Shown here: positions 19,425-28,838 of the stretch, piece after piece
Position numbering within the stretch: the stretch's first letter is position 1
Layout: each line of letters begins with the position of its first letter
Source: an uncultured bacterium
Lineage (GTDB): Bacteria; Acidobacteriota; HRBIN11; JAKEFK01
Assembly: GCA_963777505.1 (NCBI GenBank)
Contig: CAVZQN010000001.1
Span: forward strand, 96,001 to 160,000
Reading direction: 5' to 3'
Length of the DNA: 64,000 nucleotides
Translations under genes and position numbers: made by a program
The notes under the pieces: model-generated
Told to the model about the DNA's origin: nothing
The model's database searches: none
The model's input: only the letters and a program-made list of their open reading frames with translations

Positions 19425-21814
19425 CTTAGTTTCAAACGCTTGAGTATTTCATCAAATCGGGGATCTGAACGAAGGTCATCAACGAGTGGATTTACTTTAA
19501 TCGAACTTAATCCGTTTGCGCGCTCTGTATATGCTTTATCCAGCCAAGCAAAGGCTTCATCTTTTCTTCCTAAGGCTCCATAAAAGCATGCCAAATAATA
19601 TTCGGGCACATATTGTGTTTTTGATCGTTCCAGCAATTCAGAAAGAACGGCTTCGGCTTCCATCATTTTTCGTGCTTTCGCGAGGCCCATTCCGAGGCCC
19701 GACAATGCTACAGGCGCACGATTCGAATATTGAACCGCCTTCTGTAAAGCTTCCAATGCTTTGTCGTAATTCTTTTTCGCCAGATAACTCAAACCCAGCC
19801 AATAGTAGGGACTGGGATAGGTTGGCGCCATTTCATTGAGACTCACAAGCTGCTCAATTGCAAGATCATATTCACGCATCCAATTGTGTTGTATTCCAAC
19901 AGTCAGAAGCTTGCTAGGAAAATAACCGGGATCGAGTTCTTTAAAACGTTTCATATGTATGCGTGCTTCATCAAATCGTCCCAAAGAAACCGAGTGAAAA
20001 GCAAGAACGGTCACGGTTAAGGAGTCATTTGGATTTAATTCTAATGATCTTTTTAATTCTCGTTCAGAACCCTCCCAGTCAAAATCATAATTTACATGAA
20101 TATGACCTAGCGTCCGGTGAGGTTGTGCCAACGTTTCATCAAGCTGTATCGCTTTTAGCGCAAGCTCTTTCGCTTTAGGCATCACTTCCTTTGGTGGAAG
20201 ACCACCGAGAATTGCTCCATTAATGCCCAGGAAATTGTAACAATCAGCTAGTCCATCGTAAGCCAACGCATATGTCGGATCTTTATCGATTGCGTTTTGA
20301 AAAACACTCATTGCTTTTTGAACGGAATCAGGTGTTCTTTGGAGCAGAAAAAATTGACCTTTCAGAAAAAGTTGATACGCTTCCGCATTTGCTGTGTATT
20401 GTTTGGCAACAACGCTTTCTTCTTGATCTGTAAGTTTAATGCGAAGTTGATTGGAAATTTCTTTCGAGATTTCAGATTGCAAGGAAAGAATATCCGCAAG
20501 CTTACGGTCATACTGACTGCCCCAAATCTGAGTACCATCGCGGGCATCAACAAAATCGACTGTCACTCGCAACGACTCCCCTTCTTGCAAAAGCTTTCCA
20601 GTTACTACACCATCTACTCCTAATTCTTTTCCAGCCTGCCGCGGGTCGACATCTTTATTCTTGTAGGTAAATACTGTTCCCCTTGCCATCACTCGAATTT
20701 GACTGATAGGTGAAATGTTGTTGATGATGCTATCTGTGATCCCATCGCTGAGATATTCCGTTTCAAGATTGACACTCTTAAATGGCAATACAGCCAATGA
20801 ACGGATTTCCTTTTCTCCGCTTGAACCTGAGCGATAAAAGAATATTGCTGCTGCGATTGCAGCAACAGCAAGAATGGCTGCGACAGGCAGCCACAATCTT
20901 TTTTGCTTCGATGGAAAAACTGCTGTTGGCTCAGATTGTTGTTTCCCTGAATCTAAATCGCGTTTTAGATTTTTTAAGTCGACTAGAATTTCTGAAGTTG
21001 ACTGATAGCGATTGTCAGGATCTTTCTCCATGCACTTTCGAATAATCCGTTCGAGTTCTTGCGGAATGCTGTAGTTCAAACGGCTGATCGACTCTGGCTG
21101 GCTATGGATGATTTTATCGATTGTTTCTGAGGGATTGCTTCCAGAAAATGGCTGCTTCCCTGTTGCCATTTCATAGAAAACAATTCCCATACTAAATACA
21201 TCTGTACGATGATCTATCGTTTTACCTAAGGATTGTTCAGGGCTCATATACGCAACAGTGCCTATGACTGCTCCACCTTTAGTTTTGCTCCAGGTGTCTA
21301 CTGCACTGATCTCATGCGCCGGAGCCGCTTTTTCAATTCGTGCAAGTCCAAAGTCCAACAATTTCACATGACCTTTGTTTGAAACCATTACATTGGCTGG
21401 CTTCAAGTCACGGTGAGTGATTCCTCTGGAGTGAGCCTCCGACATCGCATCAGTTAATTGAATTGCATATTGCAAAAATTCATCAATGGACAAAGCCTTA
21501 CCATTCATTTTGGATCGTAAGGTCTCGCCTTCGACGTATTGCATTACAATAAAATTCACATCATCAAATTGATTTATTTCGTAAACATGAACGATGTTTG
21601 GATGATCTATAGCAGAGGCAGCTTTCGCCTCCCGCACAAAGCGTCCCATTCGATCGCGGTCGGATGAGAATTCAGAGGGCAAGACCTTAAGTGCTACTTT
21701 GCGATCCAGTTGTGTATCTTCAGCTAAATACACTTCTCCCATTCCGCCGGCACCGATGGATTTGATGATTCGATAATGTGAGATTGAACGTCCAGTCAGG
21801 TCTTTCGAATCCAT
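19421..21814 (-). CDS. Hanks-type Ser/Thr kinase with TM, TolB-like and TPR domains
   Basis: IGAGGMGEV, VALK, HRDLKPAN, DFG, YMSPE; SLAVLPF; TPRs; LRSDPRF terminus. Confidence 0.95.
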   Translation of the reverse strand: MDSKDLTGRSISHYRIIKSIGAGGMGEVYLAEDTQLDRKVALKVLPSEFSSDRDRMGRFVREAKAASAIDHPNIVHVYEINQFDDVNFIVMQYVEGETLRSKMNGKALSIDEFLQYAIQLTDAMSEAHSRGITHRDLKPANVMVSNKGHVKLLDFGLARIEKAAPAHEISAVDTWSKTKGGAVIGTVAYMSPEQSLGKTIDHRTDVFSMGIVFYEMATGKQPFSGSNPSETIDKIIHSQPESISRLNYSIPQELERIIRKCMEKDPDNRYQSTSEILVDLKNLKRDLDSGKQQSEPTAVFPSKQKRLWLPVAAILAVAAIAAAIFFYRSGSSGEKEIRSLAVLPFKSVNLETEYLSDGITDSIINNISPISQIRVMARGTVFTYKNKDVDPRQAGKELGVDGVVTGKLLQEGESLRVTVDFVDARDGTQIWGSQYDRKLADILSLQSEISKEISNQLRIKLTDQEESVVAKQYTANAEAYQLFLKGQFFLLQRTPDSVQKAMSVFQNAIDKDPTYALAYDGLADCYNFLGINGAILGGLPPKEVMPKAKELALKAIQLDETLAQPHRTLGHIHVNYDFDWEGSERELKRSLELNPNDSLTVTVLAFHSVSLGRFDEARIHMKRFKELDPGYFPSKLLTVGIQHNWMREYDLAIEQLVSLNEMAPTYPSPYYWLGLSYLAKKNYDKALEALQKAVQYSNRAPVALSGLGMGLAKARKMMEAEAVLSELLERSKTQYVPEYYLACFYGALGRKDEAFAWLDKAYTERANGLSSIKVNPLVDDLRSDPRFDEILKRLKLS

Positions 21815-21893
21815 TCACATGATTATAGACCGATTGGACATGATGCCCGGCCACCGGGTTCGCGAGGCCGGGTCTCAAGATATAAGCGCTGAT

Positions 21894-22364
21894 TTAGTTC
21901 GAAACGCCAGAAAATTTCTTTGTGCGCGGAGCATCCCCGGGTTGAGTCTTTTCTGCAGCGTGTTCTCTTAAAATGTTGGCGGCTTCAGCTTGCATCATTT
22001 TTTGATATGCGTGCCCTTTGGCAGTTCTAGCTTCGCCGGGAGCGTGTTCCTGGGATTCTTTCATTTTTAAATACGCTTGTCCCTTCGCAGTTCGTGCTTG
22101 ACCGGGACCCTGCTTTTGATCCTCTAACATTTTTTGATATGCAATTCCTTTTGCGGTCCTTGCCTCACCCGGCGGCAATTTATCAGCACTGGTTGGACCA
22201 GAAGCGAAATTGTCAAATGCATTTTTTTCTTTTGGTGTCTCAAATGTGTCTTTTGCCGCTTCTTTTGTGACTGAAGTCTCAGTCTTAGCAGGAGCGGGTT
22301 GCTCCCCTGTTTGTTGAACTTCAATTGGTTTTGATCCTGGTGGTACTCCATTAATTCCTGACAT
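21894..22364 (-). CDS. hypothetical protein with three tandem PG(E/Q)ARTAKGxAYxKM repeats
   Basis: AGGAGG RBS; three internal repeats with ~21-22 aa period; no signal peptide. Confidence 0.8.
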   Translation of the reverse strand: MSGINGVPPGSKPIEVQQTGEQPAPAKTETSVTKEAAKDTFETPKEKNAFDNFASGPTSADKLPPGEARTAKGIAYQKMLEDQKQGPGQARTAKGQAYLKMKESQEHAPGEARTAKGHAYQKMMQAEAANILREHAAEKTQPGDAPRTKKFSGVSN

Positions 22365-22452
22365 CGTATCCTCCTGTGAACCAGTATCAATGTAATGCCG
22401 ATACTAAAAGCGCACCTCTACCTGGAGTTATAGAAAAGAGTACAGAAAAGGT

Positions 22453-23523
22453 TTACCGCAGAGGTTCAGAGACTAAAATACCGAAATCTACAAGTTTTCG
22501 AAGCTGTTGATTGTCTACGTGTAAGCCCTTTTCTTGCAGGATTGTTTCGATAGCATCTTGTGTGGGACGGCCATCAAAGTAGGGTAAAGAATCGAGGATT
22601 TGGCGGGAAAGATCCATTGGATCGTATTGATTGTAAGTCCAAACACGATACACATCCGCACTTATAGGTAGCACCTTTTTCCACTGGGCTATGCGAAGAG
22701 CTGACGGTACATCAACTGAATACAAATCTGCGAATGCTTTTTGTGTAAGCCGGGCAATTAGCTTCAATTCGGATCCGCACAAATGTTCGACTTCTTGCCA
22801 ATTAAGAGTTGCGACAAGTTTTGCGCATTCAACAAAAAACTCGCGTTCGCGGCCTTGCCACTTACCCCAAAACAATTCAGGGTGACCGCTAACTCTTTCC
22901 GATGGTGGCGGCGGAAAAAGAAGTTCCATTGCATGCGGCCCAATATCAAGTTGAAGAATGCACCAGTGTGATAGCAGACGTTCTGTTTCTGACAGGAGTT
23001 GATCCATATACTTCCAGAAAATTACGCCGACTGATCCGCGAACATATTTGCAAAACCATGTTGCACAACGTGAATTACGATGCTTCCAGATTCCGCACTT
23101 ACCACCTTCATCCGCAAAAAAGTAGGGACATCGCAATCCTGGAGTCTGTCCAAAAGCAGAATTGCTAGTCGCATGGCGATACATCGCCCAATATTCACCG
23201 GAAGCAGAAACTCCAAGCGGGGTTGCAATCAAGTGGTTTTGAAGCTGATCTTCAAATGCGGATTTTCCTCTTGCAAATTCAGGATCCTCATCCAGCAAAA
23301 TTTGACCGGCAAGAAAATTGGGAAGCTCTGGAATATATGTGCAGCATTTCGTTGTGACATCAAAGACAAAGTCAGATTTGTTCTTTTGAGAATCCTGTGA
23401 ACACATCGGACAATCCTGACACGCGGCTTCGGTTTCATTCGGAATCGGTTGTCTTAAAAGCTCATCCATCCACCGGCTATAAAGTGGCGGAAGGACAGCA
23501 GCATTCTCAGGTGTGAGCTTCAT
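22453..23523 (-). CDS. Cys-cluster (YkgJ/CxxCxxCC-like) protein
   Basis: CQDCPMC...KCC...CPY...CGIWKHRNSRC; ATG 23523 adjacent to the upstream stop codon. Confidence 0.75.
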   Translation of the reverse strand: MKLTPENAAVLPPLYSRWMDELLRQPIPNETEAACQDCPMCSQDSQKNKSDFVFDVTTKCCTYIPELPNFLAGQILLDEDPEFARGKSAFEDQLQNHLIATPLGVSASGEYWAMYRHATSNSAFGQTPGLRCPYFFADEGGKCGIWKHRNSRCATWFCKYVRGSVGVIFWKYMDQLLSETERLLSHWCILQLDIGPHAMELLFPPPPSERVSGHPELFWGKWQGREREFFVECAKLVATLNWQEVEHLCGSELKLIARLTQKAFADLYSVDVPSALRIAQWKKVLPISADVYRVWTYNQYDPMDLSRQILDSLPYFDGRPTQDAIETILQEKGLHVDNQQLRKLVDFGILVSEPLR

Positions 23524-23525
23524 AA

Positions 23526-24716
23526 TCAAACTTCGGAATATCGTGTGATTCTTTCTGTCACAATCATTCCACGCTGCTTGCATCCTTCGATGATCTGCCT
23601 GCCTGGTATTGCCAGTTCAACCGGAATTGCACCTGGCCGAATTTGTTTGGCTGCAAGCGCAAAAGCGACCATCGCGGCATGAAATCCAGTCGTCCTTTCC
23701 ATCGAAGTAAATTTTGTTTCAGGATCGTAATAATCAAAAAGATCGACAACTGCTTCAACTCTTTTTCCATCTTTCATGCCGATACACTTCGCGCGGATAA
23801 TACAAACATCTTCTTCTCCGGATTTTGCAATGATTTTAGGATTCAAGACAGCTTCGAGTAAATCACGCGGACGAACATTCGCCGAACCTAAAGCTACAGG
23901 TGCTTCATCAAATAAACCCGCATCTCTTAGCGTTTTCCATTGTTGAAAATGACCTTTATAGCGAAGCGTCTTATTTTGATATGTCTTTAATTTACCCAAA
24001 AATGTGCGCGGAGCAGTTGAGGTTCCCCCTGCAGTTGTAAAGGCTTCCAGCTGTCCGGTCGGTTCGGGAAAATCGACAAGCTCGTATTCTTCAAAACATG
24101 GAACCGATACGATCTTTCCGTCGCGCAAGAATTCCGTTGTGCCGCAATATTCATTGATCAGCCCTTCAAAATGAAATGTCAAAATATAATTCCACGGGGG
24201 TTGCGGGTTTTTCGGAATCCCACCATCATATAAAAACACTTCTTCAGGTTGATCAACAAGGCTCATCGCATACGTACAAACTGAAGTTCCAAGGCCTGGA
24301 ACCATTCCACAATCAGGTACGATCGTGATTTCACGGCTTCTGGCTTCTTCATCGAATTCCAATTCGCGAAATACAAGCTCTGTATTTCCGCCCAGGTCAC
24401 ACATCGAAGTTCCAGCTTCAATTGCACATCGCGCGATTTCTAAATTGTTATAGTACGGGACCGCACTCAATGCTGCATCGGCCTGCTTCAGAAGTGAAAC
24501 CAGATCTTTTTTGTTTTTAACATCAACTCTTTCTGCAACAGCGACCGATCTTCCGGCAAGATTATTAATTCGTGAGCAAGAAGCTTCCGAACGATCCTTC
24601 AATGCATCTGCAATCACTACTTTTTCTGTTTGAGGATTTTTTGCCAGATCATATGCAGCAGCAGTCCCCTGCCGTCCTGCACCGATGACTAAGAATTTGT
24701 AGCTTTCTATCGGCAT
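23526..24716 (-). CDS. saccharopine dehydrogenase / lysine 6-dehydrogenase family
   Basis: GAGRQG Rossmann motif, DLGG, DCGMVPG, KTLRYKGH, MERTTG. Confidence 0.9.
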   Translation of the reverse strand: MPIESYKFLVIGAGRQGTAAAYDLAKNPQTEKVVIADALKDRSEASCSRINNLAGRSVAVAERVDVKNKKDLVSLLKQADAALSAVPYYNNLEIARCAIEAGTSMCDLGGNTELVFRELEFDEEARSREITIVPDCGMVPGLGTSVCTYAMSLVDQPEEVFLYDGGIPKNPQPPWNYILTFHFEGLINEYCGTTEFLRDGKIVSVPCFEEYELVDFPEPTGQLEAFTTAGGTSTAPRTFLGKLKTYQNKTLRYKGHFQQWKTLRDAGLFDEAPVALGSANVRPRDLLEAVLNPKIIAKSGEEDVCIIRAKCIGMKDGKRVEAVVDLFDYYDPETKFTSMERTTGFHAAMVAFALAAKQIRPGAIPVELAIPGRQIIEGCKQRGMIVTERITRYSEV

Positions 24717-24839
24717 GAAGCTAATGTATCACAGGTTTTCTTTGCATCTTTGCGGTTGAGTTCAATCCAAAACGAAAGGTACTTCCGTACAAACACTTGA
24801 TGACTCAGTTAAACGTTTTTCCTTTGCCTTGGAGGTACC

Positions 24840-27716
24840 ATGTTTCACCTTACACTTACAAAGCAGGCATTGCGGCTGCTAATCCTATTAACCCTTCCTT
24901 TTCTAGCACTTTCTTTCATGCAAACAGAAGCCTCTGCGGAAAGCATGACAGTCTTTGCTGTAACAACGACAAATCAGCTTCTTGCTTTTAACAGCTCTAA
25001 TCCCGGGACAATTCTAAGTACAAAAAACATTACAGGTCTTCAAAATAATGAAACGATTGCGGGAATTGATTTCCGGCCATCCAATTCAATGCTTTACGCA
25101 ATCGGAAGTTCTAGCACAGTCTATACAATCAATACGGCGACCGGTGCCGCGACTGCGGTAGGCGCAGCATTTACGCCGGCACTTTCCGGAAACGATTTCG
25201 GAGTCGATTTCAATCCCGTTCCTGATCTAATCCGCATCGTAAGTGATGCCGAACAAAACTTACGTGTCAGCCCGGTGACCGGAGCTTTGGTAATGGCGGA
25301 TACGACACTCGCGTATGACGGCACCGATCCAAACGCTGGCGCCAATCCGAATTTGGTTGCTGCCGCATATTCCAACAACTTCTTCGGAAGTGCGGTTACA
25401 ACTTTGTACGGCATCGATTCCGATCTTGATGTTCTGGTGACGCAAGGAGGTCTTAACGGAACTCCATCTCCAAATCTTGGCGCTCTTTTTACGGTTGGGG
25501 CATTGAATGTCAATGCAACTGGAATCGCAGGATTTGATATTGCTTCAAACGGCGCAGCCTTAGCTGCTTTGAACTTAAGTGGTGAATCAGTTTCGAAACT
25601 ACATTCAATAAATCTTGCAACTGGCACAGCAACTTTGATCGGTACGATTGGTGGTAGCGGCACGATTCGAGATATCACCGTAGTTGTGCCGCAGGCTCCG
25701 CAAGCGTATGCAGTGACAGTCAACAATAATTTGCTGTCATTTAACACAGCGGCGCCTGGAACAATTCTCAGCACCGTCGCAATTACAGGATTGCAATCGG
25801 GAGATTCAATTGTTGGAATCGATTTTCGTCCTGCCACTGGCCAGCTTTACGCCATGGGAAGCAATAGCAATTTGTATACGATTAATCCGCAGACTGGAGC
25901 TGCGACACAAGTTGGAACCACATTTGCTCCTGCGTTGAGCGGGACAAGTTTCGGTTTTGATTTCAATCCAACAGTGGATCGTATTCGTGTTGTCAGCGAT
26001 GCAGAACAAAACCTGCGACTGAATCCTGTTACAGGCGCGGTAGTCATGGCTGATTCAGCTCTTGACTACGATGCAGCGGATCCAAATGGCGCAGCTGATC
26101 CAAATATTGTTGCTGCTGCGTATACCAACAACTTTTTTGGTTCAACATCTACGACTCTTTTCGACATCGATTCGAATCTGAATATTCTGGCAAGACAAGG
26201 AGGTCCCGGCGGGAATCCTTCACCAAATCTTGGCGGACTTTTCACAGTGGGTGCATTGGGTGTGGATCCTACAGCAATTGCAGGCTTCGACATCGCTTCC
26301 TCTGGTGCAGCCTTTGCAGCTTTGCAAATTAATGGCGAAACAGTTTCAAAATTGTTCCGCATCAATCTTGTAAATGGCGCGGCAACTTTAATTGGCGCAA
26401 TCGGCTCAACAGATTTGATTAGCGACATAGCAATTGTTTTGCGTCAAGCACCGAATGTTTATGGAATTACAAGCACAAACAATCTCGTTTCATTTAACAG
26501 CTCCGATCCGGCAACGCTCTTAAGCACAATTGCTGTCACAGGTTTGGTGTCTGGAGACAATGTCGTAGGCATTGATTTCCGTCCTGCTACGGGTCAATTG
26601 TATGCGCTTGGCAGCTTGAGCAATCTGTATACGATCAATTTGCAAACAGGCGTTGCCACTCAAATTGGAGCAACCTTTGCAACACCATTAACAGGAACAG
26701 AATTCGGTTTTGATTTTAATCCTACTGTAGACCGCATCCGTGTAGTCAGCGATTCGGAACAGAATTTACGGCTGCATCCTGTCACAGGTGCGGTAGTAAT
26801 GGCAGATTCAGCATTGGATTATGACGCAAATGATCCAAATGATGATGCGGATCCGAATATAGTTGGCGCTGCGTATACAAATAACTTTTTTGCAACGACT
26901 GCAACAACGCTCTACGATATTGATTCCGACTTAAACATTCTTGTAACTCAAGGTGGTCCAGGCGGCAATCCTTCTCCAAATCTTGGCGGATTGTTCACCG
27001 TAGGCTCACTGAATGTGAATCCCTCCAGTACTGTCGGATTTGATATTTCCGGTACCGGCGCAGCCTTTGCAGCGATCGTACTTGAAGGCGAAAGCGCTTC
27101 AAAATTTTATTTCATCAATCTTTCAACCGGTGCAGCAACTCTGATTGGATCGATTGGTGGAACAGATGCGATGCGCGATATCGCAGTCGTACTGGATCGC
27201 GAAACACTACTTGCGAATAATTTTGATGATGGAACTTTGGATTGGAATGCGCTGAAAGGTAACTGGCAAGAAACGGGTGGCGCGCTTGTTTCGATTAGTT
27301 CAAAAGGAACTATTTTTGCCTCCACACCATGGTCGCCTTCCGGATTGTCTGACTGCAGCATTTGTACGATAGAAGTTGACATGCAAACGAGTGGTGGTCC
27401 AAATGCGCGGGTTACTTTGCAAGGATGGTTTTTGAATGGACGTAACCGGGTCGATTTAATTATGAGAGAAGATAAAAATGTATGGATGCTCAGACAGCGC
27501 TCAAACGGCGCATTGGTAGCTAAAGCGAAAGCATCTGCAACAATCGATCCGAATGTGAACTACCATGTCTTGCTAAGTTTTGATGGAACAAACTTTCAAT
27601 TAATTGTTGATGGTGCCGTTCTCTTTACGGTTCCTGCAGGCGCCACGCCATCAGGAAATGTCGGATTTAAAGTTAAAAATACGACAGGAACATTTCAAAG
27701 CATCACCATTTACTGA
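24840..27716 (+). CDS. secreted protein with three DUF4394-like repeats and a ~170-aa C-terminal domain
   Basis: Signal peptide; 3x GIDFRP...G(V/F)DFNP..D.IR.VS...AAY(S/T)NN...GFDI; GGAGG RBS. Confidence 0.88.
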   Translation: MFHLTLTKQALRLLILLTLPFLALSFMQTEASAESMTVFAVTTTNQLLAFNSSNPGTILSTKNITGLQNNETIAGIDFRPSNSMLYAIGSSSTVYTINTATGAATAVGAAFTPALSGNDFGVDFNPVPDLIRIVSDAEQNLRVSPVTGALVMADTTLAYDGTDPNAGANPNLVAAAYSNNFFGSAVTTLYGIDSDLDVLVTQGGLNGTPSPNLGALFTVGALNVNATGIAGFDIASNGAALAALNLSGESVSKLHSINLATGTATLIGTIGGSGTIRDITVVVPQAPQAYAVTVNNNLLSFNTAAPGTILSTVAITGLQSGDSIVGIDFRPATGQLYAMGSNSNLYTINPQTGAATQVGTTFAPALSGTSFGFDFNPTVDRIRVVSDAEQNLRLNPVTGAVVMADSALDYDAADPNGAADPNIVAAAYTNNFFGSTSTTLFDIDSNLNILARQGGPGGNPSPNLGGLFTVGALGVDPTAIAGFDIASSGAAFAALQINGETVSKLFRINLVNGAATLIGAIGSTDLISDIAIVLRQAPNVYGITSTNNLVSFNSSDPATLLSTIAVTGLVSGDNVVGIDFRPATGQLYALGSLSNLYTINLQTGVATQIGATFATPLTGTEFGFDFNPTVDRIRVVSDSEQNLRLHPVTGAVVMADSALDYDANDPNDDADPNIVGAAYTNNFFATTATTLYDIDSDLNILVTQGGPGGNPSPNLGGLFTVGSLNVNPSSTVGFDISGTGAAFAAIVLEGESASKFYFINLSTGAATLIGSIGGTDAMRDIAVVLDRETLLANNFDDGTLDWNALKGNWQETGGALVSISSKGTIFASTPWSPSGLSDCSICTIEVDMQTSGGPNARVTLQGWFLNGRNRVDLIMREDKNVWMLRQRSNGALVAKAKASATIDPNVNYHVLLSFDGTNFQLIVDGAVLFTVPAGATPSGNVGFKVKNTTGTFQSITIY

Positions 27717-27724
27717 TGTAATTA

Positions 27725-27750
27725 GTAGGGGCGGGTCTAAGACCCGCCCG
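27725..27750. repeat. GTAG-type REP hairpin
   Basis: GTAG-GGGCGGGTCT-a-AGACCCGCCC. Confidence 0.75.
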
Positions 27751-27809
27751 CATCTTTCTCTCTGTCTTTGTGGTTCAAAACTTCCTATGATTTATTCAAG
27801 GAAATTACT

Positions 27810-28763
27810 ATGGAAAAACCACAAATTACTTTACCCGAAGTTGATGAAGCAAGTATCACACTCATCGTAGACAACTGTGTTGATCTGCTGATGGCAAGCA
27901 CTGATATAGCAAAGCGTTTTCGATTAGGCGAGAATCCTTTTGAACGACTCTTGCCTGTTGCAGAGCACGGCTTTTCGGCTTTGATTCGCGTACGCAAAGA
28001 AGAGCGTAAAGGTGTAGTACTTTTCGATACTGGTGTTACTAAAAAAAGTATTTTGCATAATTTGGATACTCTGGAGATCGATGCAAAGGACATTCAGGCA
28101 ATCGTTCTAAGTCATGGACATCCCGATCATGCCATGGGATTGCCAGGCCTTGTCGATCGGCTTGGTTCGCGTAACGTACCGTTAGTGCTTCACCCGGATG
28201 CATACCTGGAACGAAAAATAGTTCTACCCGATGGTTCACAAACGAATCTTCCTGCGCCACGCACCGCAGATTTCCGCCGCGAAAATATCGAGATCATTGA
28301 AGAACCTGGACCTTCCATGCTTGTTGATAACATGATTCTCGTTTCTGGTGAGGTAAGCCGAACAACTTCATTTGAAAAAGGATTTCCGATTCATTACTCA
28401 AATCGCGCGGGATCCTGGGAACCAGATCCTTTGATCATGGATGATCAGTGTGCCGTAGTGAATGTGCGCAACAAAGGTCTCGTAATTCTTACCGGATGCG
28501 GACACTCAGGGATCATCAACATTATTAACCACGTACAAAATCTCACTGGCATAAAAAAGGTACATGCGGTTGTAGGTGGCTTTCATTTATCCGGCAAGAT
28601 TTTTGAACCAATTATTCCAGCAACTGTTTCGGCGTTGAAAGAAATTGATCCGGATGTGGTGATGCCAGGCCATTGCAGCGGCTGGATTGCTCAGCACAGA
28701 ATCGCGCGCGAAATGCCTGACGCTTACGTTCCGAATAGTGTTGGGACTACACTGCTGTTTTAG
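27810..28763 (+). CDS. metallo-beta-lactamase-fold hydrolase
   Basis: AEHGFS, LFDTG, LSHGHPDH, GCGHSG, GGFHL, PGHCSG. Confidence 0.9.
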   Translation: MEKPQITLPEVDEASITLIVDNCVDLLMASTDIAKRFRLGENPFERLLPVAEHGFSALIRVRKEERKGVVLFDTGVTKKSILHNLDTLEIDAKDIQAIVLSHGHPDHAMGLPGLVDRLGSRNVPLVLHPDAYLERKIVLPDGSQTNLPAPRTADFRRENIEIIEEPGPSMLVDNMILVSGEVSRTTSFEKGFPIHYSNRAGSWEPDPLIMDDQCAVVNVRNKGLVILTGCGHSGIINIINHVQNLTGIKKVHAVVGGFHLSGKIFEPIIPATVSALKEIDPDVVMPGHCSGWIAQHRIAREMPDAYVPNSVGTTLLF

Positions 28764-28792
28764 TTTTGCTTTTGATTTGATGCTTGCCGCAT

Positions 28793-28819
28793 GAACCCCC
28801 AGTTGATTACCGGGGGTTC
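28793..28819. terminator. hairpin between convergent genes (terminator or REP)
   Basis: GAACCCCC(a)G...CCGGGGGTTC. Confidence 0.6.
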
Positions 28820-28838
28820 GAAGCAGTTTTCATTTAGA

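Noticed and set aside
21894-22364. Histone H3 tail mimicry (ARTAK vs ARTK)
   Set aside because: Match is too short and internal; no support beyond resemblance.
22386-22401. sigma54 or sigma28 promoter for the 156-aa repeat protein
   Set aside because: CGGCATTACATTGA has wrong GG-GC spacing and lacks GC; no good GCCGATAA in the correct orientation.
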